From NCBI GenBank assembly GCA_951406725.2, contig OX597827.1:83514001-83578000 (forward strand): a stretch of 64,000 nt of DNA, given 5' to 3'. This DNA comes from Octopus vulgaris. Taxonomy: Eukaryota. Numbering within the stretch: the stretch's first letter is position 1; each line of letters starts with the position of its first letter. Below, one piece after another: positions 51,970-64,000 of this stretch. The notes below the pieces were generated by a model. That model saw nothing but the letters and a program-made list of their open reading frames with translations. It did no database searches and had not been told where the DNA came from. Both the position numbers and the translations under genes were made by a program.

Positions 51970-52735
51970 CATCATCATCATCATCATCATTTAACATCCC
52001 TTTTCCCTTATTGGCATGGATTTGAGGGTTCAACAAGAACAGACGAGTCAGAGGGCTACCCCAGGTTCTGTGCCTACTTTGGCATGGTTTCTACAGCTGG
52101 ATGCCCTTCCTAATGCCTACCACTTAACAGGGTGTACTGGATGTTTTTTATGTGGCAGTAGCATCGGTACCTGCAAAATAAGACCCCTGAACTAAGCAGG
52201 GTACAGACTGGAGAAAAAAAACTATGATAGAGAGAGAGGAGCGGGTGTCTTGCTGAAGAGGTGAATAACAGCTTTGCCACTTGGAAAGTGAGAAAGAAAG
52301 AGAGAGAGAGGATAAAGATATTGAGGTCTGGGTATGAGACAGAAGAGGAAGTGCACTGAGTGAAAATAGTGTGAAAGATGATTAAAGATAGGAAATGAGT
52401 TGGGTACAGAAGATATCAGTTCAGTGTAGTGGGAAGTGAAGAAAATAGAAGATGAGCTGTGGAGGAAGGCTTGACAGAGCCTCAATTCTGCTGAAATGAA
52501 TGAATCTCCTCAAGCACAGTGTAATGCCATTCATTTTGTGCTCCCGTCATCTCTTCTGAGAGGTTCGACATCTTGAGGTCAGTCTTCATCACATCATCCC
52601 ATGTCTGCCTGTTCCACATGTTTCTTCCACATTCAGCAATTGGCTCTTCTACACACAGCTGTCCTTGTCTATCTGCATCACATGACCATACTATCACAGT
52701 CTTCTGCCCTGCACACATTTGATGTTGCTTTTGGC
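51970..52735 (-). mobile_element. Old RTE 3' end with a low-complexity insert in the UTR
   Basis: Tail at 51970-52170, GA-rich tract at 52200-52480, and ORF end TWDDVMKTDL at 52500-52735. Confidence 0.7.
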
Positions 52736-53149
52736 CAATTTCCATGCAAGAGATATTTTTAATGATAAATGTGAATGTAGAGATATGCCTTCATTGAACT
52801 ATAAAAGGCCTTTTTTTTAATTTTTGATGTAATTTTTTTTAGATATTTTTTAGCAATTTATTACAGACAAAAAAGTTTTGTCATAATTATAAAAAATAGT
52901 TAAAAAGCTAGCTAATTGCTTATTGAAAGTAAAAATATTAACTGGTGATAATGAACAAGTAACGAGCTTTTTGTTGAAAATCATATTTATTATTAGCCTC
53001 CGTAAATGATAGATTTTTAAAAGCATCAAAACTTCTTGAATTATCTTTTACCAAAAGAAATCACAAATAAATGCTCTTTTTTTTTAGTACTTTCACTGCT
53101 GGCTAAACATAATGACCCACAAACATCAGAAGTAAATAAAAATAATGGT

Positions 53150-54610
53150 GGTTTTTATATGACACCAGCATTAGTGAGGTGACCAAGTAATTTGCAAGGA
53201 AAAGTAAAGAAAGGAAAAAGAAAAAGTCCACTCAACTGAGTGAGAATGTAGAGGGTGAGTGAGAGGCTTTATATTCAGTGTTGAAAACTGAAGTATGACA
53301 GAAGGACAAGCAAAGGTGTGTTGTGGTAGAGGAGATACATGGCTACACGACATTATGTGAGGATGAGGGAGAGTACTTGGAAGGTTAGATAGAGATGGTG
53401 TTGAGGAAGTCCCAGAGCATAGTCTGAAGGTACAAGACGCAGAGTATAAGGGAGGATATGGACAATGGGCCAGGAGGGAAGGAAAGGGTGGATAATTTCA
53501 TAAGAGTGTTAGAGGAGAGTGACAGATGGTAAGATGTGGATGTAGTGAGTGAGGAATATGGATGGAAGTGTTGTTGAAGGTTAATATCAGTATGAGAAGG
53601 AGAGGTAGAAGTGGCTCAGGAAGGAGAAGAGGACAGGTAGCAGCAGAGGAGGAGTGAAGGGCAGCAGTGTGATATATGTATGGCTAGAGAGGAGGGAGAG
53701 GGAAGGGAGATGAACAGTGGCAGAGATGGAGGTTCAGAGGTAGATGAGAGTGGCTGTAATGAGTGGAAGGACAAAAGTGGTAGGGAATTGATGGCAGATA
53801 TGAAACGGTGTTAAAATGAGGTATGGCAGATGTAAGATGTTGCCCAGTGAGGAAAAAGAAATCACTGAAAGGCACAGAATGAAGGGATCCATGAAAAATG
53901 TGTGAAGGAATGATAAAGAGACTGAGAAATGGAGTTTAAAAGACAGCAGTTTCAAGGAAAGCAGCAGATGACTGGGAGTGCAAAAGGAGTATGAAATATG
54001 TGCTGATTCTGCTCTCGAATGATTGCAGCAGCTAAGTAGTGCCATAGTTAGAAGAGTGATGGAGGGATGGAGGTCAGTAAGATGTGGGAAATGCTTGGTG
54101 TAGACAGATTGGGTGCAAGACTCCACATGTATAGGCATAAGCAAAAGGATTTTAGGGGTTCATTTTCGCTGTGATGGATGGGTCTTCTCGAACACTGTGA
54201 ACCATTAATCATCTCAGTCCTCTGTGAGGCCCAACTCCACTTTAAGCAATCAGCACATCTTTATGCAGCTCTTCTCATTCATACACAGCACATGATCCAA
54301 CCATCAGAGTCTTCTCTCTTCTACACTACATCTGATTCCTCTCATGCCTAATCTTTCTCTCAACACAACACTTTGTCGTACATGTATACTGACATTGTTC
54401 ATCCAAAAGAGCATTACTAGAGTCATTCCTCTCTAGTCTTCACATGTTCATTCTCTGCATTCAGGACCTGTGTCTCATTACCATGTAGCATTGTTGTTCA
54501 CACACAAACATCATACAATCTACTTTCACTCAGAGAGAGAGAGAGAGAGTTCATTACCAACAGACGTAACAGCTCTGAACTTTCTCTCTCCTGTTCTGGC
54601 TGTAGCTATT
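53150..54610 (-). mobile_element. Old RTE 3' end with ~1-kb GA-rich tract
   Basis: Purine-rich 53170-54150 runs into an RTE ORF-end remnant at 54170-54610. Confidence 0.6.
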
Positions 54611-54964
54611 AAACGTTTAGAACATCTTCCTCTAACACACACACACACACATGAAATATAGATCTTGAAAGACTATAGCTCAAATGGGTATTCAATGCAT
54701 AATAATATAGTGTATATTTTATTTTGTTAAAGAGAAGTCCTACAGAGACCTCATCCATTTCACAGGTTTAGTTGATATATTAACAGACTCAGATCATCAA
54801 GGACAGGCTATGAACACATACACCATATATTACATCGAGTATGTGCATGTATGGGTATGCAAACATGCACGTGCACACACACACACACACACACACACAG
54901 AGTGCTTGCTTACATTTATTATTCAAAAATATGAAAGTGCTGCAATCATCCTTAACAGATGCAT

Positions 54965-55025
54965 ATAGAATGTAATGTATGTAGAATGTAATGTGTGTAG
55001 AATGTAATGTGTGTAGAATGTAACA
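54965..55025. repeat. 16-bp minisatellite, about 4 copies
   Basis: TAGAATGTAATGT(A/G)TG repeated. Confidence 0.85.
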
Positions 55026-55275
55026 GATGTTTAGAATGTACATGTGAATCTGTGGTAATGAAATCACTTAGCCAATGTGGATAATTCTTTTGAAGCCATT
55101 GAGGAAGCAAGTGAGCCAGACCAGATGGAGTAGACGAAGCCATTAGCTGTGGGTTTGTGATGTTGGTTACCCCATTGACATTCAGCTGTTGTTGGGGGAG
55201 AATGGTGTAAGTAAAGATGAGAAGGGAAAGGGCGTTGAAGAAGAAGATATTAACTCTGAGGGTAACAAAGAGATG

Positions 55276-55314
<39 letters not shown>

Positions 55315-58159
55315 AGGGAAGGGCAGATTATGTGGTGCCTGTGTATGAAGTGTGATGCTTATAGCATAAAGAAAGATGGACATTGAAAGTAGATGATGTG
55401 TGAAAGGTGGCAAGACATGAGACGAGCACGCTTCAGTGGATGCGTAATATTAATGTGCATGAATGGAGGCATATAAAGGGTTTGAGAACAAAAACTGGAT
55501 CTGAGAGAAATCAGTTGTAGAGAGTCGACTATGTTAGTAGACATATATAATTGTTATGGAAGGTAAAAGTTGGGTAAAGAAATGATTTATGTTGAAGGAG
55601 CTTGTGGAAGAAAAAGATCAGAAAGATGTAAAGACGTGAAGAGACTGCATCAAATGATGTGGAGGATGCTGTACTGCAAGACACCTGTTCAAATCATGTA
55701 GTCATGGTAAAATGGATGTAAAGCGTTGTTGTTGTTGTTGTTGATGATGACTATTTCCTAGTCAAGTAAAATAGAAATTTTTTGCTCCCCAACATTTTTC
55801 TCTGCCATAATTTACGTGGTGGACCCAGTGAAACACTTCATGAGATGTCATGAAATAATCATGTTACAGGACCATATGTCCAGATTCTCAAGTTCGATTC
55901 TTTGGTTCTGTTTCTGGAATCCAATGACAGACTAATCTCTACAGACATATAAACTTACAGACCACATTTAATCATTTAAATCTAAAATAGTCAATTGGAT
56001 ATGACAGACAGTAGAAGCTAATTGAATGCTTTGGCAAACAATTGCTGCAACAGTCAAAGCCAAATTGGAAAAAGATGAGATGCCAATGATTTCGAAGGAA
56101 TAGTTCTGACCATTTGTTAGAGTAACATGTCTCTTATTTTCATAACAGCTTTCATCACTGAATTAGTAGACAAACACTCATCATGGATGTCAATGTAAGA
56201 TGCATGGATGTTGTAATCCTGCGATGGTTCTAAATTGTTCTGAGATTTCCACTTTTAGTTCTTTCACTGATGTTAGTCACTGGACTTTAGGGGTACCAAA
56301 TTGGTCAATAATACTGAATATATAAAGTGGACATTCAGGTAAGGGGAGATTATTTAGTGAGGCATTTCATACTGTTGGATGTATTCCAATTTAGATGTAC
56401 CTGTGTTTCACCTCACACTGATATATATATATAATGTATGTATGTATGTATGTATGTATGGCAGTATAGATAGATAGACAGATAATAAAGACAGACATAC
56501 AGAGATAGAATGATTGATATAAATGATGAGTATCTATACGGTTTTGTCCACTAAATACAACTCACAAGGCATCGGTCAGCTCAAGTCTAACGTAAAAGAC
56601 ACTTGTCCAAGGTGCCATGCAGTGATATTGAAATCAGAACCTTGGGACTATGAAGTAAACTTCGTTGCCCCACACCAATGCCTACACCAGAACTGACATC
56701 CTGGAATATCTCTAGTCTCCGTTGTTTCAATGACCTCCTTCCATTGCTGTTGACTTTATTGATAGTAATGTTATTGTATGGCTAAGAAGATAGTTTTACA
56801 ATTACGTGCTCCTTGGTTCAATCCCTTTGTAGAAAAAAAAAGACCCAGAAAAAATGTTTTTACCCTAGCTTCATGCTGAGAAGCTTTGGGAGTGAACTGG
56901 GTAAATAGAAACTGTGAGGAATCTCTGAAGATGTTAGTTTTTCTCAGCTGGTAGACTTAACACCTGGACCATTTAGCAGAGTTTACATCTCTATTGAAAG
57001 CATTCAGTCCTGGTCCCTAGTTAAAGAATAACTCAGGAATTGGAGTTTCTTTCTCTCAAGAGTCTTCAAAATGGCCAGAGCTGTCATCTTTCTTCCTTTG
57101 ACAAAACTTAGAAAGAAACAGAAGACTTGTAACCACACAACTTGTTGTTTAGCCCCAGGTAACCGTTTATAGACATTCCTCCCACGCCTATCCAATCTTT
57201 TTACTTCTATCTAGGACTACATTATATTTAATATGCCCCTTCCCTTTTATAAGACAGTAAGGTGTAATTTGAAGGGAACTAGGCTGCTATTTCTAGCAAG
57301 TCAAGTAACTATAGATAAACCCCCCTTGTTAGTTCACATCTCCAACCTTGTTGTAATGGTGAAAGCCACAACTGACGCCCCTGTAATATCTGGCAATACG
57401 CCAGTACCAGACACCACACACCACACACCACACACCTTTTCTATAATAAATAAATAAATATGATGAAAAAAAGACGAATCTAATAAAAAAAAATAATTGA
57501 GGAGGAGGCGAGAGAGGTGTGTAAAGTTAACTACAAAACGTGTGGTTAACATTATGTTAATAATACTTAAAGCAGGAGGGTTGTTGACAACAATGGAGAA
57601 AATAGTTTGGGTGGAGTGACTGAATTATTAGGGTTCAAGCTAGATTGAATGTTTAAGAAAGATTTTCTATGACTTGTTCTACAGCTTCGCTTGATGGAGA
57701 ATGGCTTTGCAAGACATAAACAACAGCAGCACCTCTTCGTTGACCACAGCTGAGGCAACGACACAACTTTTATTGGGCCTTCTAAAGCAATATATTATCA
57801 CAACTGCTTGTTGTCATCATCATCATCATCAGCAGCAGCAGCAGGAGTAGTAGCAGCAGCAGCAGTACTACTACAGTAGTGAAATAAGTTTGTGGTTAGT
57901 TTAACGAGAACATTTCCTTCACCGATTTGATTGAGAAGTAAAATAAAATGTTATTGCAAGGTGGTCACGGTGGAATGGCACTGATTGCCCATCAGCTCAA
58001 TTATGGTTCAACTGGACAAAAACAACTACAACTGTGGAGTACTTGCTGAGATGTGCCTCAAATGCAAGAAATTTATACTTCTGCTGCTGTTGCAATGTGC
58101 ATGAAGATGGAGAGAAATGTTAAGATTTGGTTCAATAAAATTTAGCTGACCGTGTAGTA

Positions 58160-58950
58160 GACTGTGGCCATCACTCGAAATGTTTCTTTACCCAACTGTG
58201 ATCTTCCATACACATCGTATCTCCGTACCAGCATAAGTCTTCTCTTTTCCATGCCGTATGTGATTCTTCTTCTACCCGGCTTCACTCTCAACTCATTTGT
58301 ACCATGTTGTTTATGTATTCAAGCATTACATATCCAGCAGAGCTTGATACCCCATTTCTGTTCAACATTCACACATTCTCTACATTCAATGCCTATTTTA
58401 AGCTACCATGCAACTTTACACTTCATACACAAGTGTCATGCAATTTGTCCTTCACTTTGAGAGAGTTTACCTTGTTGCCAGTAAAGGTAATAGCTCTCTG
58501 AACTTAGTCCACTTCCTTCTTACTCTGGTTATTATGCTTTCAGAACAACTGCCCTGCATACTACTGATTAGGTCATCTGCTAACAGAAGCTGTCAACTAC
58601 TTCGAGGCAGCCTTCCATGCATTTAAAATGATTTATTTCATGAGTACTCTTTCTGCTAAATACTCAAGGGCATCTATTACACACAAAGCCTTTCTTCTCT
58701 GTCAACCTGATTGTGATCTCACTGCACCCCTTCTACAACCATAGTTTATAATTGATTCACAGTACAAAATTCCCACTTACTTCTCCTTTTCTGCATATTG
58801 AGCATGGTCGCCTTCCTGAGGACAAAAGTCCTGTCTTTTTTGCTATTAACTAAAACTTTTGTCTTTGCTAGGTTTATTTCAAAGGACACTTGATGCTAGG
58901 ATTGGCTTCCATATTTGGAATATCTTCTTTAATTCCTTATGAATTTGATC
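58160..58950 (-). mobile_element. Old RTE-clade LINE fragment
   Basis: Diverged match to the family ORF2 C-terminal region (GRRPCSICRKG on the minus strand near 58785-58820). Confidence 0.7.
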
Positions 58951-59249
58951 ACTGAATATAGAAATTCCTTTCACCTATCCTTCTCTTTATAGTGAGGGCT
59001 AGCCCTGGACCCCTACCCTTAGTCAAACCCCACCACCACCTCATCAGCCTTGCCATGCTGAGAGAATAGAAAGCTAATGGTGCACATAACGATTGCTATT
59101 TACAGAGCTTGCAACTTCAGCTCAGGGTTTTCCAGTAGTGAGGCCTGGAACGTTTACAGCAGACAAATGTAACATCTGAAAACCTTCTGCCTCTGCAATA
59201 TGGAAAGGATTCCAACAATGAGGTTCTGACTTATGCCTCGACACCCAGC

Positions 59250-59620
59250 CTCTTCATCTTACAGCAATTTGTACATAACATGTTAAACAGGTGGAATCCT
59301 GAAAGTTCTGTTGTATGGGAAACTGGCCGGCAGAACCAAAAACAAGGGCAAAGACCTCATCTTCCTTTCAAAGGTGTCTGCAAGAGACATGATGTCTCTG
59401 CACATGAGCATTAAAAAGTCAGGGTACATTGCTGGAGATTGCTCTTACTGGAGACTGGAACTATACAAGAGACGGGGCTGAGGTTTGGTGATGGAAAAAA
59501 AGCAAAATTGATGGCAAACAGTGCCTCTAAGTGTAATCACTGCAGCAGCCAGTACTGTGCATCACATGTGGGGTTTCTAGACACAGCAGATGCTGTTCTG
59601 CCAACAAGATTGGAACAAGA
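59250..59620 (+). mobile_element. BovB-like RTE 3' remnant
   Basis: RPHLPFKGVCKRDM and a terminal CNHCS...SHVG. Confidence 0.55.
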
Positions 59621-59666
59621 CTTTCCATGTCTATATATGTTGCTATGTCTATATGTCTGTAGTATT

Positions 59667-59742
<76 letters not shown>

Positions 59743-59749
59743 TCTTTTA

Positions 59750-60175
59750 TGAGGGAAAAACATGAAGTATGAATTTAGTATTTCTTTATTTCACATCTGT
59801 TACACATGTTTCAGCGATTGATAATCAATAATTGATGACAGCAATACTATTGATAAAGAATCTTCAGTCATACCAACCACATCATCAGGCACACATTCTG
59901 GGTGGAGACTATAATTTTCCTATCAATGTTTTCGCTCATATTTAATTTTTTACGTCATTTATGTCATTTGCCTTTCTAACCAACCCCACCCACTTTCCCC
60001 ACTCCCGCTTGTTATCTTGTGTCCCTAAGGTCTTTTTATGATGCTTGCATCTTTTTGATTTGCATTTTGACTCCGTCTAATGATGCATACACTATAAGAG
60101 AAGGTTCCTGGTAAATTGTATTTATAATTTACCAATCACAGAAACACGTATAACAAATAATATAAAACCAACTGA
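59750..60175. mobile_element. Penelope-like pLTR remnants in inverted orientation
   Basis: CTGAAGA...GAAACATGTGTA on the minus strand (59797-59870) and CTAATGA...GAAACACGTATA on the plus strand (60075-60154), next to (TA)n. Confidence 0.5.
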
Positions 60176-60179
60176 CCAT

Positions 60180-60781
60180 ATTCATAACAATGAGGTACTA
60201 ACAAAATGCAATATATCAGGTGTGGAAGCCGTTTTCATCAAAATACAGCTTAGACGGTTGGGTCAGCTCTCACATATGAGAATTCCAAAGCAACTTCTCT
60301 TTGGCCAATTACCAACAGGAAGGTCAGTTGGAAAGCCACTCTTGTGCTTCAAAGACAAACTAAAAGACAATCTGAGGCGATGCAACATTCCCTTTTCTTC
60401 CTGGGAAAACAAAGCATCAGAACGCAGGACCTGGCGCCAGCCGTGCTTCTCCTCACTTCAAAGATCTGAGCAAAGTAGACTCCAGCATCAAGACCAACTT
60501 CATGCAAGCATGAAGGCATGCTGGCAGAATGCTGCTCCCCTAAATGGAAACCTTACCTGTCATTGTGGCTTTGTGGCATGAAGCAAAGCAGGCCTTGCTG
60601 TCCACTCAAGAAAACACAGGAAATGATCCATAAGCACTTGAGCAAGCTGAGCCCTCAACTTGGTCCATTTGCCAAAAGGTTTGCAAAGAAACAGCAGACC
60701 TCAAGAGACACATTCATCTCCATAGAATATGATTACACTTTATTTTACTGAATCATCATTGGTTGTTCACAACAAAAGAAT

Positions 60782-60790
<9 letters not shown>
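60180..60790 (+). mobile_element. BovB-like RTE 3' end
   Basis: ORF 60222-60581 QLRRLGQLSHMRIPKQLLFGQL...GKPLLCFKDKLKDNL...WENKASERRTWR, with zinc-finger remnants. Confidence 0.8.
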
Positions 60791-60843
<53 letters not shown>

Positions 60844-61429
60844 CATACTTTATCCTTAAAGCTGCAAAAACATCTCAAAAAAACGAAAAAAACTGCTACT
60901 CAAAGCTTCCCGTTCATCAGACAGGTGTGATCTATTTTTTCCCACCTTGTTTCACATTTATGTGCTTACTCAGGTGTGTGTGTATTTATAATTATATTTA
61001 TGATTATAATGAAGGGTACAAAGAAAGTACCAGCACTGCTAGAAATAAGAGTTGAAATTACTCAAAACCATCTTTATCACTTATACATACTGGTGAATGC
61101 AAGGAAAACAAGTAGAGAGTGAGAAAGAGAGAGAGATGTAAGCATATCCTGATGACAGTTTCCATTGAAGATCATGATGAGTGACTGTTGAAACCAGTGG
61201 TAACTAGCATTTTCAAAAAGCTTCATGATGACTCTAGCTACAGAGTTAGAACAAATATGAGCCATACTGGAAACTTAAGTCTCCTTATTGCCATCCTTCG
61301 AGGCTGCAACATCTTTTGTCTTCTCTTCCTGTGCTCAGTAGTGTTTGTAATGAAGAAAATAACCAGCGGAAACCCTACCGGGTGGGGGGGGGACAGAGGC
61401 AAGTGGAAATGACACAAACAACAAACTTG

Positions 61430-61900
61430 GCAAGAGCAATATTGTATGTGGAGAGTAAGAAGCATCAACACTGCATCAAAGGATTTGGTTTTACACTGCT
61501 ATAATCATGTCTGGCAGTAACATGGAAAATAACATTAAAAGTGGCCAACAGGCTGGACACATTCCATCAACAGTGCTTACAGAAGATCTTCAAAGTCACT
61601 TGGCAAGAGAGAAATCATAAATGAAAACATTTTTCTTCAAAAGAAGTTGCAGTCACTGTGAAATAATGGGGTGCTACAACAGTAAAAGCTGTCATCCATT
61701 TGGGATAGAAAGACTGTAATAATCTGAAAACTAGAAGAAGAAAACTGAAGAATGGTCTGGATCCAGAACAACTTGTTCCAAATACTCCAGGAAGATCACA
61801 AATGCATGAGGACCAAACAGGCAAGAGAAGGAAAAAAACTACAGCAAATTGACGACTGAAGAAAAAAACTTGCTACCTTGTGCACCTTGCAATGTAGGAA
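61430..61900 (+). mobile_element. Old RTE-like fragment
   Basis: RLDTFHQQCLQKIFKVTWQE motif near 61550-61610. Confidence 0.55.
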
Positions 61901-62895
61901 GATCTCAGCCTGAATAAGATGAGATGGTCACAGCTGGAATGCTTTGGAGGTTAAAGGAAAAAACCCACTTTTCTCAAGCACAACAAACTGCCAAGAGCCT
62001 CAGTCCCCTCTGCGAGTCCTAACGTCTGTTGATCCTTTCTCACCACCTTCTCCCATGTCTTCCTGGGCCTACCCCTTCCACATGTTCCCTCCACAATTAC
62101 AGATTGGCATCACTTGATGCAAATAAATAAATAGGATGAGATGGCCACTGCTGGAATGTTATCACTAATTAATTGGTCATTAATTAATGACATTGCTCCA
62201 AGGACTTAATTTTAACTTTTCTGAGTAGCAATGGAATCCGAAGCCCTGAGATTTCTAATTCATGCATCCAGACCCCTTTATCTAGATCTTTCATTCTGAT
62301 TCTTTGTCACCCTTAACATTGATCATCATGCCAGATGGGTCCTTCCAATAGCTTAACCTTCATTGGATAAGGACCAGAACAAATTTTTATATGACTTACA
62401 GGAGGAAGTATGATGTTTCGGAGACCCTTTTCTGAGTTGTCAAGACATATAGGAGGAAGGGACGAAATTATCCTCAGATCTGGCCTGAAAACAAATGACA
62501 GGGTAGACACGACAAAAGGTACCCAAAGTCCAGCTGAATTGAGTAGAAGATGAAGTTCACCACTCAATAACACATTCAGTCACTTTGACAAGCTTCCACA
62601 CGGTTTCCATCTACTAAATTCCATTCCAAAGAGTTTGATCAACTCGAGAAAGAAAACAATTGGCCTACGTGGCATTTACTGGCACTGAACCTGAAAAGTT
62701 CCTGGTTGCCAAAGAAAATGCTTAACCCCACATTACTGCAATCGGCACTTGGGACCCTTACCCCCATCATCATCCTCAAAACCAGCTTCACCAAGAATCG
62801 GGATGGGGAAAGGGCTAAGTCATATATTAACATACATATTTTGAAACAATTTTCAGTCCAAATTCCATCTACACACACACGAATATATGTATTCA

Positions 62896-62896
<1 letters not shown>

Positions 62897-62981
<85 letters not shown>
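62897..62981. repeat. (GT)n microsatellite
   Basis: About 40 GT units. Confidence 0.95.
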
Positions 62982-62982
<1 letters not shown>

Positions 62983-63539
62983 AAATGTTTGTATGTGTGT
63001 GTGTCTGTACCGGCCGTTATGTGTGTATGAACTTATAACAATTTCTCAATAACTTGATATATAAATTAAGAATGATTGATTGCATAATAGGAAATTTAAT
63101 CATCAATACTTATATTTTAATTATCCTTGTAGAAAGTGTGTTAATTGTGAAGAATGTGCGGCTGGCAGCAGTCTTTAAAATGCTAGTATTGACACGGAAT
63201 ATTAGGTCAGCACTGGTTGGTAAATAGTGTGAGAGAGAAGAAAACAAGTTGCGCAAAGTAAGAGCGACGAGACTCCAGTCAGTGCTTATCTGTGTCACGT
63301 TGTTCTGGGTTATTACGTAAGCCCTGGCAGACAGCTTGGATTACATAACAGTTAAGGGGAGATAACTAAAGCACAAGGGTCAAGCTTCAAATTGCAGGCG
63401 CCGAGATGCTTGAAGCATTAAAGCTTTCTTCTAAACTGGGGTTTCCACCTTTCAGCAACAGAGAAACTGGTCGGAAAATTGTCGAATCTTTGCTACTCCA
63501 AACTTGTTATTGATGTTCCAGACTGGGCCGTCTGTGCCT

Positions 63540-63670
63540 ACACACAGGCATACGCGCGTGCGCGCACACACATACACATGTATGAGTGTGTGTGTGTATA
63601 TATATATATATACGTGTATATGTATATACATGTGTATATGTATATACATGTGTATATGTATATACATGTG

Positions 63671-63711
<41 letters not shown>

Positions 63712-63733
63712 ATATACATATATATATATATAC

Positions 63734-63773
<40 letters not shown>

Positions 63774-63820
63774 ATACATACATACGGGCATGATGTGTGT
63801 GTGTGTGTGTGTGTGTGTGA
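63540..63820. repeat. Compound (TA)n/(CA)n/(GT)n microsatellite with an 18-bp higher-order unit
   Basis: TATATGTATATACATGTG repeated about 3 times within TA/CA runs. Confidence 0.9.
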
Positions 63821-64000
63821 GCCTGTGTTCTGACACAAAGAATTGCATAAAGAAGGAGAAGGGAGAGAGCCCTCCATATCGATTCTTAAGTGTTATCCTC
63901 TTGTATTATAAGTCATAAGTTCTGATGACTTCTCTGAATTTCACGTTTCTGATCGTTGAATGGTGACCGGTGGGGACGTTGTCAACTGGGGTCGTTCCAT

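Noticed and set aside
63452-63918. Overlapping YI/HT/CV-rich ORFs, and similar ones at 1517-1764, 43376-43699 and 59439-59772
   Set aside because: These are translations of dinucleotide microsatellites.

Overview
AT-rich eukaryotic DNA made almost entirely of transposable-element debris and (TA)n/(CA)n/(GAT)n microsatellites. The repeat mix (RTE LINEs with (GAT)n tails, tRNA-derived CORE-type SINEs) suggests an octopus-like cephalopod genome; this is an inference. The window holds about 20 copies of one RTE LINE family in both orientations, a young CR1-type LINE with an open 363-aa RT ORF, a Gypsy remnant with LTR and PBS, two Helitrons, four Tc1/mariner elements, a hAT element with an 8-bp TSD, a probable Merlin/ISXO2 remnant, MITEs and SINEs. 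No host protein-coding gene could be identified with confidence. A CpG-retaining zone at about 43.6-45.6 kb with a minus-strand splice donor may be a promoter and first exon. The most notable unexplained structure is a set of non-coding fold-back elements whose arms carry degenerate minimal hammerhead-ribozyme motifs, probably Penelope-like pLTR or retrozyme derivatives. Also notable are a 67-bp satellite grown inside an RTE 3' UTR and a Rep-less Helitron with strong TpA avoidance. All calls were made by eye, and most boundaries are approximate.
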